The position numbers and the translations under genes were made by a program. A stretch of 64,000 nt of DNA from a virus (Duplodnaviria > Caudoviricetes): the IMG/VR virus record IMGVR_UViG_3300031993_000007. One strand, written 5' to 3'. Shown piece after piece: positions 38,734-48,673 of this stretch. Under the pieces are notes generated by a model. That model saw only the letters and a program-made list of their open reading frames with translations, had not been told where the DNA came from and did no database searches. Within the stretch, counting starts at the first letter, position 1, and each line of letters opens with the position of its first letter.

Positions 38734-39534
38734 TTACGCCTTAGAATAAAAGGCTAATTTAGCCTTTGAGATTCTATCATATCGACGAGCTTGGACTTCT
38801 TTGTCGCTCATTAGATATTCTCCAGATGCAAAAATATCTCGACCATATTTTTTCAATTCGCTGTATATACGGTCATAAACACTTCTTTCATCTGGAGATA
38901 GCTCGTTCTTATTAGTCTTACCAATGCTCTCTAGATATTTAAGACAAGGTTCAGAAACACCTTTAGCATTGCGTTGTCGTTCTTTTTTAAATTTCTCAAG
39001 TGCCGCAGCATCCTTATACATTCCGTTTTCGAAGATATTTATATGGTACTTGCGATTAAAGTATTCTATACGCTTGTATGCTAATGTTTCTTCGTGAGTA
39101 AGATCTTTAAGTTTCTTACCTATAAAGATAAGATATTGGGCTGCTGGCTTATCTTTCTTGCGATTGCTATCTGATAATCGTTCTATTCTAGTGCCATAAT
39201 TAACATTATACTTTCTATCGCACCATTCAAGATTAGTGTAATGGTTATTAGCTTTATTTTCATCTTTGTGATTTATTTCGTTAAAATGTTCCGGATCTGG
39301 ATTTGGGATGAAAGCTTCGGCTACTAGCCTATGAACACGCAAGGTGCAACCAAGTACAGTTACTACTTTATACCCATTCCAGGTAGTTCTTTCTGGCAAT
39401 TGCACATAGTCGCCAATATGAAAATTGGTACCTTTGTATTGCCTTGAAACTTTAGTAAAGATTCGACCGTCTGGATATACTTCTATATCTTTACTTTTAT
39501 TTCCTAATACTATAGAAAGAATAACACTATTCAT
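38734..39534 (-). CDS. Free-standing HNH homing endonuclease
   Basis: VHRLVAEAFIPNP..INHKDENKANN..NLEWC; AAGGAG RBS precedes ATG 39534. Confidence 0.85.
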   Translation of the reverse strand: MNSVILSIVLGNKSKDIEVYPDGRIFTKVSRQYKGTNFHIGDYVQLPERTTWNGYKVVTVLGCTLRVHRLVAEAFIPNPDPEHFNEINHKDENKANNHYTNLEWCDRKYNVNYGTRIERLSDSNRKKDKPAAQYLIFIGKKLKDLTHEETLAYKRIEYFNRKYHINIFENGMYKDAAALEKFKKERQRNAKGVSEPCLKYLESIGKTNKNELSPDERSVYDRIYSELKKYGRDIFASGEYLMSDKEVQARRYDRISKAKLAFYSKA

Positions 39535-39540
39535 AAGAAT

Positions 39541-39570
39541 CTCCTTATTGGTAATTTCCAATAAGGAGTT
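39541..39570 (-). promoter_or_regulatory. RBS-sequestering hairpin overlapped by a late promoter
   Basis: Perfect 11-bp stem ctccttattgg/ccaataaggag; AACTccttatTG at 39559-39570. Confidence 0.7.
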
Positions 39571-39593
39571 ATTTCACGAACTATCTTTTACGT

Positions 39594-40316
39594 CTATTGA
39601 CACCAGATCTTTCTCCTATTAACTGACAAATGTTGGAAGCTCCTTATCTTCTCAAGTAACTCATTGCGTTCGCTTTCAGCTTGCTCAAAAGTTCCCATCG
39701 AAAGTTCGAGGTCTGCCATACTAGTATTAATATTGGTAAAGACTGTCCTCAATCCAAGAATATCGAGCTTTACATCGCAACGAGCCAGCTTGAAAATGGT
39801 TTCACGAAGACCCGGATGAAATTCTGTAAAGTCAGAATGGGCCACTTTCAGCTTCAGAGCGATCTTGTTCTCATTGGTAGACGGAGGAATCGGGGTGATT
39901 CGTATCTTATTAGGAGGTACGAGCTCTGCGCTATACGGGATTGTAGTATAGCCGGACACTTCAGCCTGAAGCCACGCCAACACAAATTCATGTGGGCAGA
40001 TCTGGAAGCTACGATCATAGAAGTCGTAGGCCCCGGACTGGCCAAGGGTAGACATACTTAGAATGAGCTCTGCGCCTATCAGCTGTGTTGGAGTATTGAT
40101 GTAGAACAGACCACGCTGGTTATCGACCATATCCTGCTGAGTATCTACAATATAACCAATAGTCTTAGGGAAATAGATAGACAGTGTAGGTAGAGTTTCG
40201 TCTTTTAGGATCTTGGCAATAGCGTCATTGTCCAATTCCAAACCACGAACAGATGCCCCAAGACGAGCCTTAACGTGATTGATAATCTTTGAAGTGGTAA
40301 ACCATAAATCTTGCAT
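39594..40316 (-). CDS. Neck/head-completion protein (T4 gp13-like)
   Basis: IINHVKARLGA..LELD..I resembles the gp13 N-terminus; late promoter at 40329-40340 supports ATG 40316. Confidence 0.55.
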   Translation of the reverse strand: MQDLWFTTSKIINHVKARLGASVRGLELDNDAIAKILKDETLPTLSIYFPKTIGYIVDTQQDMVDNQRGLFYINTPTQLIGAELILSMSTLGQSGAYDFYDRSFQICPHEFVLAWLQAEVSGYTTIPYSAELVPPNKIRITPIPPSTNENKIALKLKVAHSDFTEFHPGLRETIFKLARCDVKLDILGLRTVFTNINTSMADLELSMGTFEQAESERNELLEKIRSFQHLSVNRRKIWCQ

Positions 40317-40388
40317 AATAACCTCTTTCAACGTAGAGTTTTGAACAAAAAAAGAAAGCGCTCTTTTGGAGCGCAATCCTTTTTGATA

Positions 40389-40637
40389 CTAGACCTCTTG
40401 GATGTAAGGAGTAAAAAGGATCCTCAAGAATTCCTTGTGGTCGTAGAAATTGATAAATCCACCGGACTTGTCAAAGCTAGCAGACATCTTTTCCAACGTG
40501 TCGGCTCGGCACTGAAGCCCCTCATCATCTTTGTGCTGATCAGCTTCGTACTTTGCCTGAGAAACAGCTTCTTTTACTTGCTTCTGTAGCCACTCGGTGT
40601 ACATTACCGCTTTCTGCGGCATTTCGATATTAGGCAT
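40389..40637 (-). CDS. Small hypothetical early protein
   Basis: 82 aa; GGAGG RBS; TATATTAA at 40667-40674. Confidence 0.7.
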   Translation of the reverse strand: MPNIEMPQKAVMYTEWLQKQVKEAVSQAKYEADQHKDDEGLQCRADTLEKMSASFDKSGGFINFYDHKEFLRILFTPYIQEV

Positions 40638-40741
40638 CTTGTACCTCCATTGTTAAGTGCCATAACTTAATATATCTGGACACCATGAAATTCTACGGGG
40701 TTAAGGACTAAGCTTTCGCTTAGTCCGTTAAAAATCTTTTG

Positions 40742-41185
40742 CTAGCCTTTAAACTTCTCTTTCTGCATTTCGTTCATCTGACTGATAATCATGTCTAGCT
40801 TGGTGTTCATGATGCCATCGTTCTTAGCTCTTTCAGTTTCGGCTTTAGATAACGATTCCTTAATAGCATCAAGCTTTTCAGGAAGCTGTTCCAACTTCAA
40901 AACTCGTTCTTCGAATCTGGCGAGCCTTACACCATATTCTTGAACAGCTACGGAGTTCTTGTCGACGGCTTTGTTTTTCTCTTCGAGAGCGGTAATCCGG
41001 CTCTCGAAGGCTAGTGCTTTTTCTATGCTTTGCCCTTGGGATTTCACGGTGGCCTCCTGCGAAGAAACTTTGCGATCAGCAAGTAATCCTTTCACAGCAC
41101 CAATCAATCCAGCCAACCCAGTGAAAATTGCTGCTATGATTAAAGCTATCGCAGGGCCATTCAAGCTACCTTCTGCACCTGTCAT
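40742..41185 (-). CDS. Membrane-anchored coiled-coil protein (holin-like?)
   Basis: N-terminal TM segment IALIIAAIFTGLAGLIGAV, then heptad repeats. Confidence 0.45.
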   Translation of the reverse strand: MTGAEGSLNGPAIALIIAAIFTGLAGLIGAVKGLLADRKVSSQEATVKSQGQSIEKALAFESRITALEEKNKAVDKNSVAVQEYGVRLARFEERVLKLEQLPEKLDAIKESLSKAETERAKNDGIMNTKLDMIISQMNEMQKEKFKG

Positions 41186-41979
41186 CGCAACACCTCTCTT
41201 AAAATGGATTCTGTGAAAGCACGGCGGGTTTTAAATCCGATTACCGAAGGCCCCTTGCGAGCAATAATGCCGCCAGGAGTTACGGAAACGCTATCTGGAG
41301 TACCTTCAAGGAGGTCTTCTACCATTGCAAAGCTGTTTCCACCTTCAGAAGCTAGGGCTTGTTCGATATCACGACGATCAACCTTGACTTCAACATCTTC
41401 GCCATCTACCTTGGAATTCAAGATGCTCTTGATGAAGTCAGTTCCTTCGTTTGCATTGACCATAGTGGCACCGTAGTTAGAAGGATACGGCACCCAGTCG
41501 TAAGTGAATATCTTGAGATTCTTTACAACAAAATGCCTGTTTACACGTTCAAGATGGTGGATACCACGCATAGAGAACGAGAGGATCTTGTCTTGATCAA
41601 CACAGCCTTTCATAAAGTGGCCGGGTTCATTACGAGAGGAAAGAATCTCACCATAGAAATTATTAGCCTTACGTTCGACACTGCAAATGCTATGAGAGAC
41701 CCTGCTGGTATCCAGCCAAAGTTGGCGCTCAATTTTAGGAGCTAGAGGATGGTTAGCTTCCCCAAACCAAGTACCAGTACGAAGTTGTGTCTGAATATGT
41801 TCTTCCTTCAGAGCTGCTTCAATCACCGCACTAGGATAGATCTTCTTATTGCGGTTGAGAATGTCACCTTCTTGCAAGCAAGCTTTAAACAGAACATCTT
41901 GGTCTGTTTCCTTGATGATAGAAGGTTTCGAACTCGTAGAAGCGCTCTGGGACAAATAAATCGGAGTCTCAGAGGCCAT
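41182..41979 (-). CDS. Prohead (capsid maturation) protease
   Basis: LQE.D.LNRNKKIYP, GEANHP, RVSH, FSMRG, TYDWV..PS (T4 gp21-like); late promoter at 42001-42012. Confidence 0.88.
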   Translation of the reverse strand: MASETPIYLSQSASTSSKPSIIKETDQDVLFKACLQEGDILNRNKKIYPSAVIEAALKEEHIQTQLRTGTWFGEANHPLAPKIERQLWLDTSRVSHSICSVERKANNFYGEILSSRNEPGHFMKGCVDQDKILSFSMRGIHHLERVNRHFVVKNLKIFTYDWVPYPSNYGATMVNANEGTDFIKSILNSKVDGEDVEVKVDRRDIEQALASEGGNSFAMVEDLLEGTPDSVSVTPGGIIARKGPSVIGFKTRRAFTESILREVLR

Positions 41980-42042
41980 AAATAATCCTTGAAAAAATTT
42001 CAATAAGAAGTTTTTGCAAAGATCTATAAAAAAGAAAGACAC

Positions 42043-42501
42043 CTATGCGATGTCTTTCATGTATCTTTTATTTGCGTGCGATTGTCTTTGAAGTTCTGGA
42101 GGAACAGGTTCTCCAGCTTCTTCTAGCTTTTTTCTTTCTTTAAATCTCATCAACTTTTCGGCATTTTCTTCGTTAATTCTGTGTCTTCCACATTTTTTAA
42201 CCTGTAACTCTGGAGGGAGTTCCAGTCCGGCAGCTTTGAAGCGTTTTCTCCAATAAAAGCGATACAGAGAGTTCTCTAATGCCTTGGCGGGATCGTATTT
42301 GCCGATCTTTGCTATTGAAAGCGGAGACGGAACCCTTGGAGGTTTAACAGGTTCAACAGCCTTCTGCTGTTGATTCTTGAATTTGTCGGGATTTGCTTTC
42401 TTATAGGTTTCTTCGAAGACACGTTTAAACTGCTCTTCTTGTTTTGCAAGAAGAGCAGCACGTTCGTCAGACAGTTTTGCTTTCGCTAACTTCCTTTCCA
42501 T
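42043..42501 (-). CDS. Hypothetical basic protein
   Basis: 152-aa ORF with two AG..(L/V)PPELQ repeats. Confidence 0.65.
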   Translation of the reverse strand: MERKLAKAKLSDERAALLAKQEEQFKRVFEETYKKANPDKFKNQQQKAVEPVKPPRVPSPLSIAKIGKYDPAKALENSLYRFYWRKRFKAAGLELPPELQVKKCGRHRINEENAEKLMRFKERKKLEEAGEPVPPELQRQSHANKRYMKDIA

Positions 42502-42988
42502 CTTTGATTATGTCCTTGAATTCTTGTTCGTTTAGTACACGAATAATTCCGGCGGCCTTAATACGGCGATACCCCATCAAGAAGATCTTTTTGAGAGAAT
42601 CCGTAAATGGACTTTCCGGAGTGAATTCCAATCTGAATCCGGTTTCCTCATTCTCGTCTACATAACCAGCAAGATTGATCTTCTGAGTGCGAGTATGATC
42701 AGGATCGTTCAGCGGCATAAACAAGACTTTGAATTCAAAGTGATCTTGGAAGATGCCCTTCTCAAGATTTTTGCTTTCAACAGCCGGATTAATAATCAGA
42801 AATTCAGCAAAGTTTTTAAGGGCCTCTTCGCTTACATTGATCTTGTCAGGCGGGAAGCTCTGAATGTAGCTAATTCCAGCCGGAATTCCGGCAGCAGGAT
42901 CTGCCTTCTGAATGGTCTTCCTGACAAAGCTTCCATTTGGAAGCTCGTACAATGTAGTTTCGATGAAGTCATTAATTGTCTCGTTCAT
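42467..42988 (-). CDS. Hypothetical protein
   Basis: 173-aa ORF in the operon. Confidence 0.7.
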   Translation of the reverse strand: MNETINDFIETTLYELPNGSFVRKTIQKADPAAGIPAGISYIQSFPPDKINVSEEALKNFAEFLIINPAVESKNLEKGIFQDHFEFKVLFMPLNDPDHTRTQKINLAGYVDENEETGFRLEFTPESPFTDSLKKIFLMGYRRIKAAGIIRVLNEQEFKDIIKDGKEVSESKTV

Positions 42989-43178
42989 CTATAGCTCCAT
43001 AGAAATCATAGTAAAACTTTTCAGCAAAGTAGCACAGCCGACGTATGCTTCTTCCTGCAAAAGTCTTTTCAAGGTGGGTGACTACAACTAAGAAGTAGAA
43101 AATCATAACCACTAATAGCATAACTATATAGATCGGCAGAAGTATGATTCCTGCTAATTTCTTAATGTCTGATCTCAT
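42972..43178 (-). CDS. Small membrane protein
   Basis: 68 aa with a long hydrophobic helix. Confidence 0.55.
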   Translation of the reverse strand: MRSDIKKLAGIILLPIYIVMLLVVMIFYFLVVVTHLEKTFAGRSIRRLCYFAEKFYYDFYGAIDERDN

Positions 43179-43181
43179 AAT

Positions 43182-43649
43182 TTACTCCGTAGGGAGTTCG
43201 AGCTTGCCTTCAGGTGGCTCAGCAAACTGCTTGTTGGCTTCCACGAATTCATGACGCCCAAGGCGACAATGCTTGAAGTATTCGGGGAATGTTTCATCAA
43301 GAAGTTTACACTCCTCTTCAGAACATTTCCACTTGGCTCCGATAATGTATTCAGTTCCATCAGGATTCGACGTCACCAGATCCATTGCGATCCAGCAAAG
43401 TTCCTTGCCATCCAGGCTGTTAACGGACACAATATGGCATCCGCCCTTGATCTTAAGACAGGACAGATCAATTCCAAATTCTTTCGTAGAGTCGTAAGTT
43501 GCAAGTTCGTTGCAATCTTTATCAACAACACGGCTGATCTTTAAACCGTTAGCAAAGATCTGACCGCCGTTAGTCTTTTCCAATACAATATTCTGGGTAT
43601 CGTTAGGATGGAATTCAACTAAAAAGAAAGGCTTTGTTGTAAGTTTCAT
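43182..43649 (-). CDS. Hypothetical protein
   Basis: AAGGA RBS before ATG 43649 (MKLTTK). Confidence 0.7.
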   Translation of the reverse strand: MKLTTKPFFLVEFHPNDTQNIVLEKTNGGQIFANGLKISRVVDKDCNELATYDSTKEFGIDLSCLKIKGGCHIVSVNSLDGKELCWIAMDLVTSNPDGTEYIIGAKWKCSEEECKLLDETFPEYFKHCRLGRHEFVEANKQFAEPPEGKLELPTE

Positions 43650-43730
43650 GATGTTCCTTGGATTAAAAAGAAACCGGGAGTCGCACAGCAGCAACGACTC
43701 CCGGCAATAATAGGTTAAGAAGCTCTGAGC

Positions 43731-46700
43731 TTAGTGCTTATTTTCGTTGTCTGACGGTTCAAGCTTTAATCCGAGGACAGTAAAGTAAGCTTTCAGAAGC
43801 TCCTTGACCGTGGAGTAAGATCCCTTCTTGACTTCAAGATTATGACCGGGTTCCTTCTGAAGAAGTTCGCTGATAAGCTGTTCTCGATCTGCCTTGTTAC
43901 TGCTGTGGAAGTCCAGCATTTCGAAAACGCTCTTGTTGTCATTAATCAAAGCCAAGTTTGCAAGTTCCTGCTCACCAAGGCGGACAGGAGTATTGCTGTA
44001 TGGGCTTAGCCTATTGCGATAGTTACGATTAGCCTTGTTCGGAACACCCTTCTGGTTAATCTGGCCACAAGAACGGACACTCATCTTAGAGCTCGGTTCA
44101 TGACGCAGTTTGATGAAGTACATATAACCAAAAGTCATCGGTGTTTCAATGCCCTTGAACTTGGTCGTAGTGATGCCAAGGGCTTCACGAACATCCATGA
44201 GCTCTTCGAACTCAATGTTTCCAAAGAAAGGAGGCATGTGAACCGGAACACCCTTCTTATAGAAGTCATCTACAATTGCATCACGGCTGTCTTCATTTTC
44301 TTCGATGAATTTGCAGATACTTTCATACATATCGAAGCCCATGTTCATCAAAAGTTCCTTGAGCTTTTCAAGCTTGGTCTCGCTATCGGAGTTGCGCCAT
44401 CTGTCAAGCCACTGCTTGACGATAGCTGTGATCTCTAATTCGTAGAGACACCCAGGGTTAATTCTATTAAGAACACCCAGAGGGTTCAAGCATACTTCGG
44501 CTCTTTCGCCATCTTCGGTTTCCGGCATTTCAACATCAGGTACAATCTTAACCGGAACAAATCCTTCCTTAGAGTCTTTTTCAGGAACGATCGTACTAAT
44601 TACCATTTATCTTTAAAAGGTTCGCAACACCTTTCCTCTATTTCTAGAGCTTTGTATTTCTACAAAGATGAGACTATATCTTCACCCTTTCGGGGCCATC
44701 CATTTCGAGCTTGCATATGCTTCAAGCCCTACTCCCTTTCGGGATAGTCGTTGAACGTTGAGCTTCTAATTTCAATTCCTTTCGGATCTTTCGTACATAT
44801 CCGTTAGTAACGAAAAATCCCGCAGTCTTTGCTATGACCTGGACTTGCATTCCAGATTTAAGCATTTCTGCAATGGTATTTCGCTGTTCCTCTGTATACA
44901 TTATACGTCTCTTATACATACTATGAGCGTGTTCTACATTTTCTTTTGCAGTGCACCACTCAAGATTTGATAAGTAGGAATGCGTTTTTACACCATCTTT
45001 ATGGTTGACATAATTCTTTCCTTCTTCTTTTTCAAGGAAATATTCTGCCACCAGTCTATGGATAAAGAAGTCTTTTTGTTTATCATTAACCATAAGCTTG
45101 ACTTTTAGATAGCCATCAAGACCTTCACGAGTAATCATGATTCGGCCTTTTGTATCGTTTCGTACTCTTCCGTATTGACTTATGGAGTAATCTGTTCCAA
45201 TTATCTTTTTCTAGATTTCTCCAATCTCATCTTTATCGAAATATTGTACTTCTCGTTTCTTTAAACCCATGCGAACAACTTTGTGCTCGATAGATCTAAT
45301 TCCACGATTAAGAGCTACAGACAGCTCTTTATTAGTCATTTTCTTAAAGTTGCTGATTAAGAATTTTTCGTCTTCTTTTGTCCAAGACTCTCTCATTAGA
45401 AGCTCCTTCGCTGCGGATTGTCCAATACTCAATGCTCTTACCTTACCTCCATCTTTCTTGGAGGACTCTGTAATTAAACAGTCGGTGTTTGAGTCTTAAG
45501 GAGTTTCCCGCAATTAGAATGGTTACATTTAAATGTTTCCATTTAAAGGAGCATTAATTTCTACCCTTTCCACCATCATTTATGTTCAGGTTAAGTCGTT
45601 AATTTAACCCCGTGGATTAAACCACTGCTCTAACTATTATGCTAGAGATCAGACTATATCTTTCTCCGTTTAAACGGAGACCTTCCATTTCCGCTAACTT
45701 TAGCGTACTCTACTAGATTCCTCACTTTGGAGGTCGTTCGATAGTCGTTGAGCCTTCGTCTATTAGGTATAGACGCTTGGTTGCTGATTAACTGGATTTA
45801 TATTCCAGCATCCCAGCAGTTAAGAAGGTTTTCATTAGATATTACTATCTAATGCGGCAATTATTTACCGATTGGTGATTTTGGATCCGATCATAGCTGG
45901 ACGCTCATCAACAACTGTGACCTCGATAACCATGTTGTCAAAGCTGTTTTCAGAGAGCCACTTCTTCTTGGAGCTATCGTCTGTATCGATACTATCCTTG
46001 GCTCTGGTATACGCAAAGGAAGCGTCAGCCGTCAACAATCCTTGTTCACGATACGGAGCCAGAGTCTTCACAAGTTCTTCATCATAGGCCTCTTGCCTGA
46101 AGATAAGATCCCTGAGCTGTTCGTATACCGGATCGTTCAAATCTTCTGCATCACGGTTGCAATAGACAAAGATATCGTCCACTACACCATGACCGTAGTA
46201 AATTGAGTCTGTGCTTGCGATCTTACACAGAGCCTCATCGTTCAACTGGTTAGCCATCGTCATGTTAACCATACGACGACGACCACAGAGAATGCCACCC
46301 TTAATTTCTTCGCCGATCTTTGGCAATCCCTGATAAGTCTCCTTATCTCCATACAAATTTAGGAGAAGGTCGTTGCTGTTCACCGGGATTTGATACTTAG
46401 AAACCGTGGCATGAGACAACTTCTTAGCAGCCGTCTCAGATAGCACAATACTATCTTCAAAAGTCATACCAGCATTGGCATAGTACACAGTCTTCAAGTT
46501 TACTCCATACTTGAGATTCATGCACTCGTCATACGCTGTAGAGTTGGACAGGATCGTGCCTTTATTAATTTCTGTGATATTTTCCCAGTTTTCAAGGTCT
46601 GGGATTTCATTCTTGTATCCATAGTCTTCTGTCAAGTTGGTGGCAGTGGACAGCTGGATTACATCTACCTTTTTAGATTCTTTGTACTGTACAATCACCG

Positions 46701-46968
46701 AATAACGCCTAGCGTTTCGTGCGATTACCTTCAAGACGGTACAGTCTTCCTTCATCCTAACATAGGATGAAGATACTTCGCCAATCTGATTTTCAAACCT
46801 TGTAAAGACTTTCGGAATTTCTCCATGCGTCAATACAACGGCCTGATTAATGTGGTTTGTAAACATCTGAATTCTTTGGGTGTCATTCTTGTCGGCATTG
46901 GGTACCAACAGCACTTCACCTAAGAAGTCATGGGTTTCCGGTTCTCCGGTTATTGCTCTAGCTGGCAA
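43731..46968 (-). CDS. rpoB: Multisubunit RNA polymerase beta subunit, C-terminal half; three exons 46968-45867, 45576-45563, 44603-43731 (662 aa spliced)
   Basis: R.QM..NH..QAV, FEDSIVLS, spliced GSKITNRYGGKGVIS, LNPLGVLNRIN.G, YFIKLRH, RLGEQE. Confidence 0.9.
44604..45562 (-). mobile_element. Group I intron 2 of RNAP beta (959 nt) with an HNH ORF
   Basis: 5' exon ends in U, intron ends ATAAATG (omega-G); P ATTGCGGGAA, Q AATCCGCAG, R GTTCAACGACTAT, S AAGATATAGTCT. Confidence 0.9.
44722..45396 (-). pseudogene. Intron HNH endonuclease (Myb-like HTH + NUMOD4 + HNH) broken by an in-frame TAG
   Basis: 45211-45432 and 44722-45138 are in the same frame; reads EI*KKIIGTDYSISQYGRVRN, with the stop at the NUMOD4 Trp; HRLVA..NHKDG.K...SNLEW. 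Confidence 0.8.
45577..45866 (-). mobile_element. Group I intron 1 of RNAP beta (290 nt, no ORF)
   Basis: Exon CGGU pairs with intron GCCG (P1); P CTGCTGGGA, Q AATCAGCAACC, R GCTCAACGACTAT, S AAGATATAGTCT; ends ATAAATG. Confidence 0.9.
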
Positions 46969-47028
46969 TTTAACTCCTTTCTTGCTGCTGTGAAATCCTT
47001 GGTAGATCTAAGGCAGATCTACCAAGTT

Positions 47029-47036
47029 GTAATATA
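47029..47036 (-). promoter_or_regulatory. Putative early promoter TATATTAC for RNAP beta-C
   Basis: Exact motif in the intergenic gap. Confidence 0.55.
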
Positions 47037-47041
47037 AGATT

Positions 47042-48658
47042 CTAGGCGGCACCACTTAATGTGCGACGAGACTTACGGATCGGTTTGCTAGATCCAACTT
47101 CCTGAGCTGGCTTTCTAGATTCTAGACCATCGCCCCAACTACGCTTGACTCTACTGATCTGCGAAGTGAGGTTTTGTTCCAAACGGATTGTACCATTCTC
47201 GTAAGGCAATGCCAAGTAAGTGCCTTCACAATCGACTTTGTATCGACTCTTGAGTTTGAGGAATTGAAGATATTTTACTCCGTCTTCATCTTCTCTCGGA
47301 ATCAATATCGCACAATAGTCTGTATTCTGATAAATTTCAAACGAGTCGCCAATGACTGCTGCACTCAATTCATCTTCAAGCTTCTTTCCACGTTGGTGGG
47401 CTTCCTGAATCTTCTTTACAGCTTCACGGTTTACCTGCATTACTGTGGCAAACGGAACCTGAAGACGAGTGGCGAGAGCCTTTTCTTCATTGACAACAGT
47501 ACCGTAGTCGGTATACGGATCACCGATTTCGACAGAAGCACGAATTCTCTTGATGTAATCGTGGAGAATCAATACCACTTCGTATCCGGCTCTCTTCAAC
47601 TTGTCGCAGTAGTTAGAAAGATCCTTTGTGCTCCATTCACGACTTTCCTTGTATACACGAGCAAATCGAATATTCCAACCATTTGCCTGGTACAATTCCG
47701 GAATTTCTTCAGGATCACGATCTTCAAATTTCTTCTGACAAGAAACCGAGCTAGGCAGACCGACGCTATACTGACGTTCGTTACTTTCCTTCAAAGAGTT
47801 TTCTTGAGTTACGTACAGAATCAACGGAATCAAAGACGGATTCTTCGGACGAAGTCTCAAGTTGCAGCAAGATGCCCAACAGAGAATGTTCTCAAGGAAT
47901 ACGCTCTTACCTGTTCCCGGTGCGCCCAAGAAAGTATAATGACGTTCTGCTTCCAGACCACCACCAAGCATTTCGTTCAATTCACGAATACCAGTGGCAA
48001 TCTTATTGGACGGGCGACGATATTCTTCGATAGTTGTACGAATATTCTCAAGATAGCTATCTTCGCCAAAGATGTATTCAGATCTTGCAGTTCTACGAAG
48101 TTCGTTACGATTGATTTCGCTGACAGCCTGATCCGCAAATCCTTTAAATCTTGTAGCTGCTTCTGCAATATCAAGAACTTCGCCAGAATTCATCTTCTCA
48201 GAAATGTAATCAATATCATCCCTGTACTTGTAGAAGATAGCATAGTCATACAAAGTCTTGATACGTTCATCAATGTAATCCAGAACGTTTTCACCAAGAA
48301 AGTCCGGATCATTGTTGTAAAGAGTATCTAGCTCATTGAGCATTTCTGCGACACTATCACCCAGATTCTGCATTGCATCACGGACAATCAACGCATCCGT
48401 GTTGTGCTTGACCATAATCATGTCCAAGCCAACCTGGATCATAGAAACTAGAGTCTTTCGATCTTCAAAGACCTCGCTCAAACTCAAGTCAACAGTATCA
48501 AAGAGCTTATCAATCTTTTCAAGCATTTCAATGTCGAGATCCTGCGAATACAGAATATACGACAAAATACGCTCCAACAGCTCTCTGCTCAAAGGTGCTT
48601 TAAGCTTACGTTCGTGTTTTCTATTTGTAGTCTGTGTTAAGGTCTTACGTCTTTCCAT
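47042..48658 (-). CDS. dnaB: DnaB-like replicative helicase
   Basis: TGIRELNEMLGGG, GAPGTGKS, YVTQE, HDYI, QVNR. Confidence 0.88.
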   Translation of the reverse strand: MERRKTLTQTTNRKHERKLKAPLSRELLERILSYILYSQDLDIEMLEKIDKLFDTVDLSLSEVFEDRKTLVSMIQVGLDMIMVKHNTDALIVRDAMQNLGDSVAEMLNELDTLYNNDPDFLGENVLDYIDERIKTLYDYAIFYKYRDDIDYISEKMNSGEVLDIAEAATRFKGFADQAVSEINRNELRRTARSEYIFGEDSYLENIRTTIEEYRRPSNKIATGIRELNEMLGGGLEAERHYTFLGAPGTGKSVFLENILCWASCCNLRLRPKNPSLIPLILYVTQENSLKESNERQYSVGLPSSVSCQKKFEDRDPEEIPELYQANGWNIRFARVYKESREWSTKDLSNYCDKLKRAGYEVVLILHDYIKRIRASVEIGDPYTDYGTVVNEEKALATRLQVPFATVMQVNREAVKKIQEAHQRGKKLEDELSAAVIGDSFEIYQNTDYCAILIPREDEDGVKYLQFLKLKSRYKVDCEGTYLALPYENGTIRLEQNLTSQISRVKRSWGDGLESRKPAQEVGSSKPIRKSRRTLSGAA

Positions 48659-48673
48659 TTTTTCCTCGATTTC

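Noticed and set aside
44604-44606. ATG start for a separate 291-aa RNAP fragment
   Set aside because: The G is the intron omega-G; the ORF is exon 3 of the spliced beta-C gene.
45211-45213. Genome-wide TAG recoding (alternative genetic code)
   Set aside because: Many genes end cleanly at TAG before terminators or the next gene (13091, 24012, 24951, 56486), and long genes are intact in code 11.
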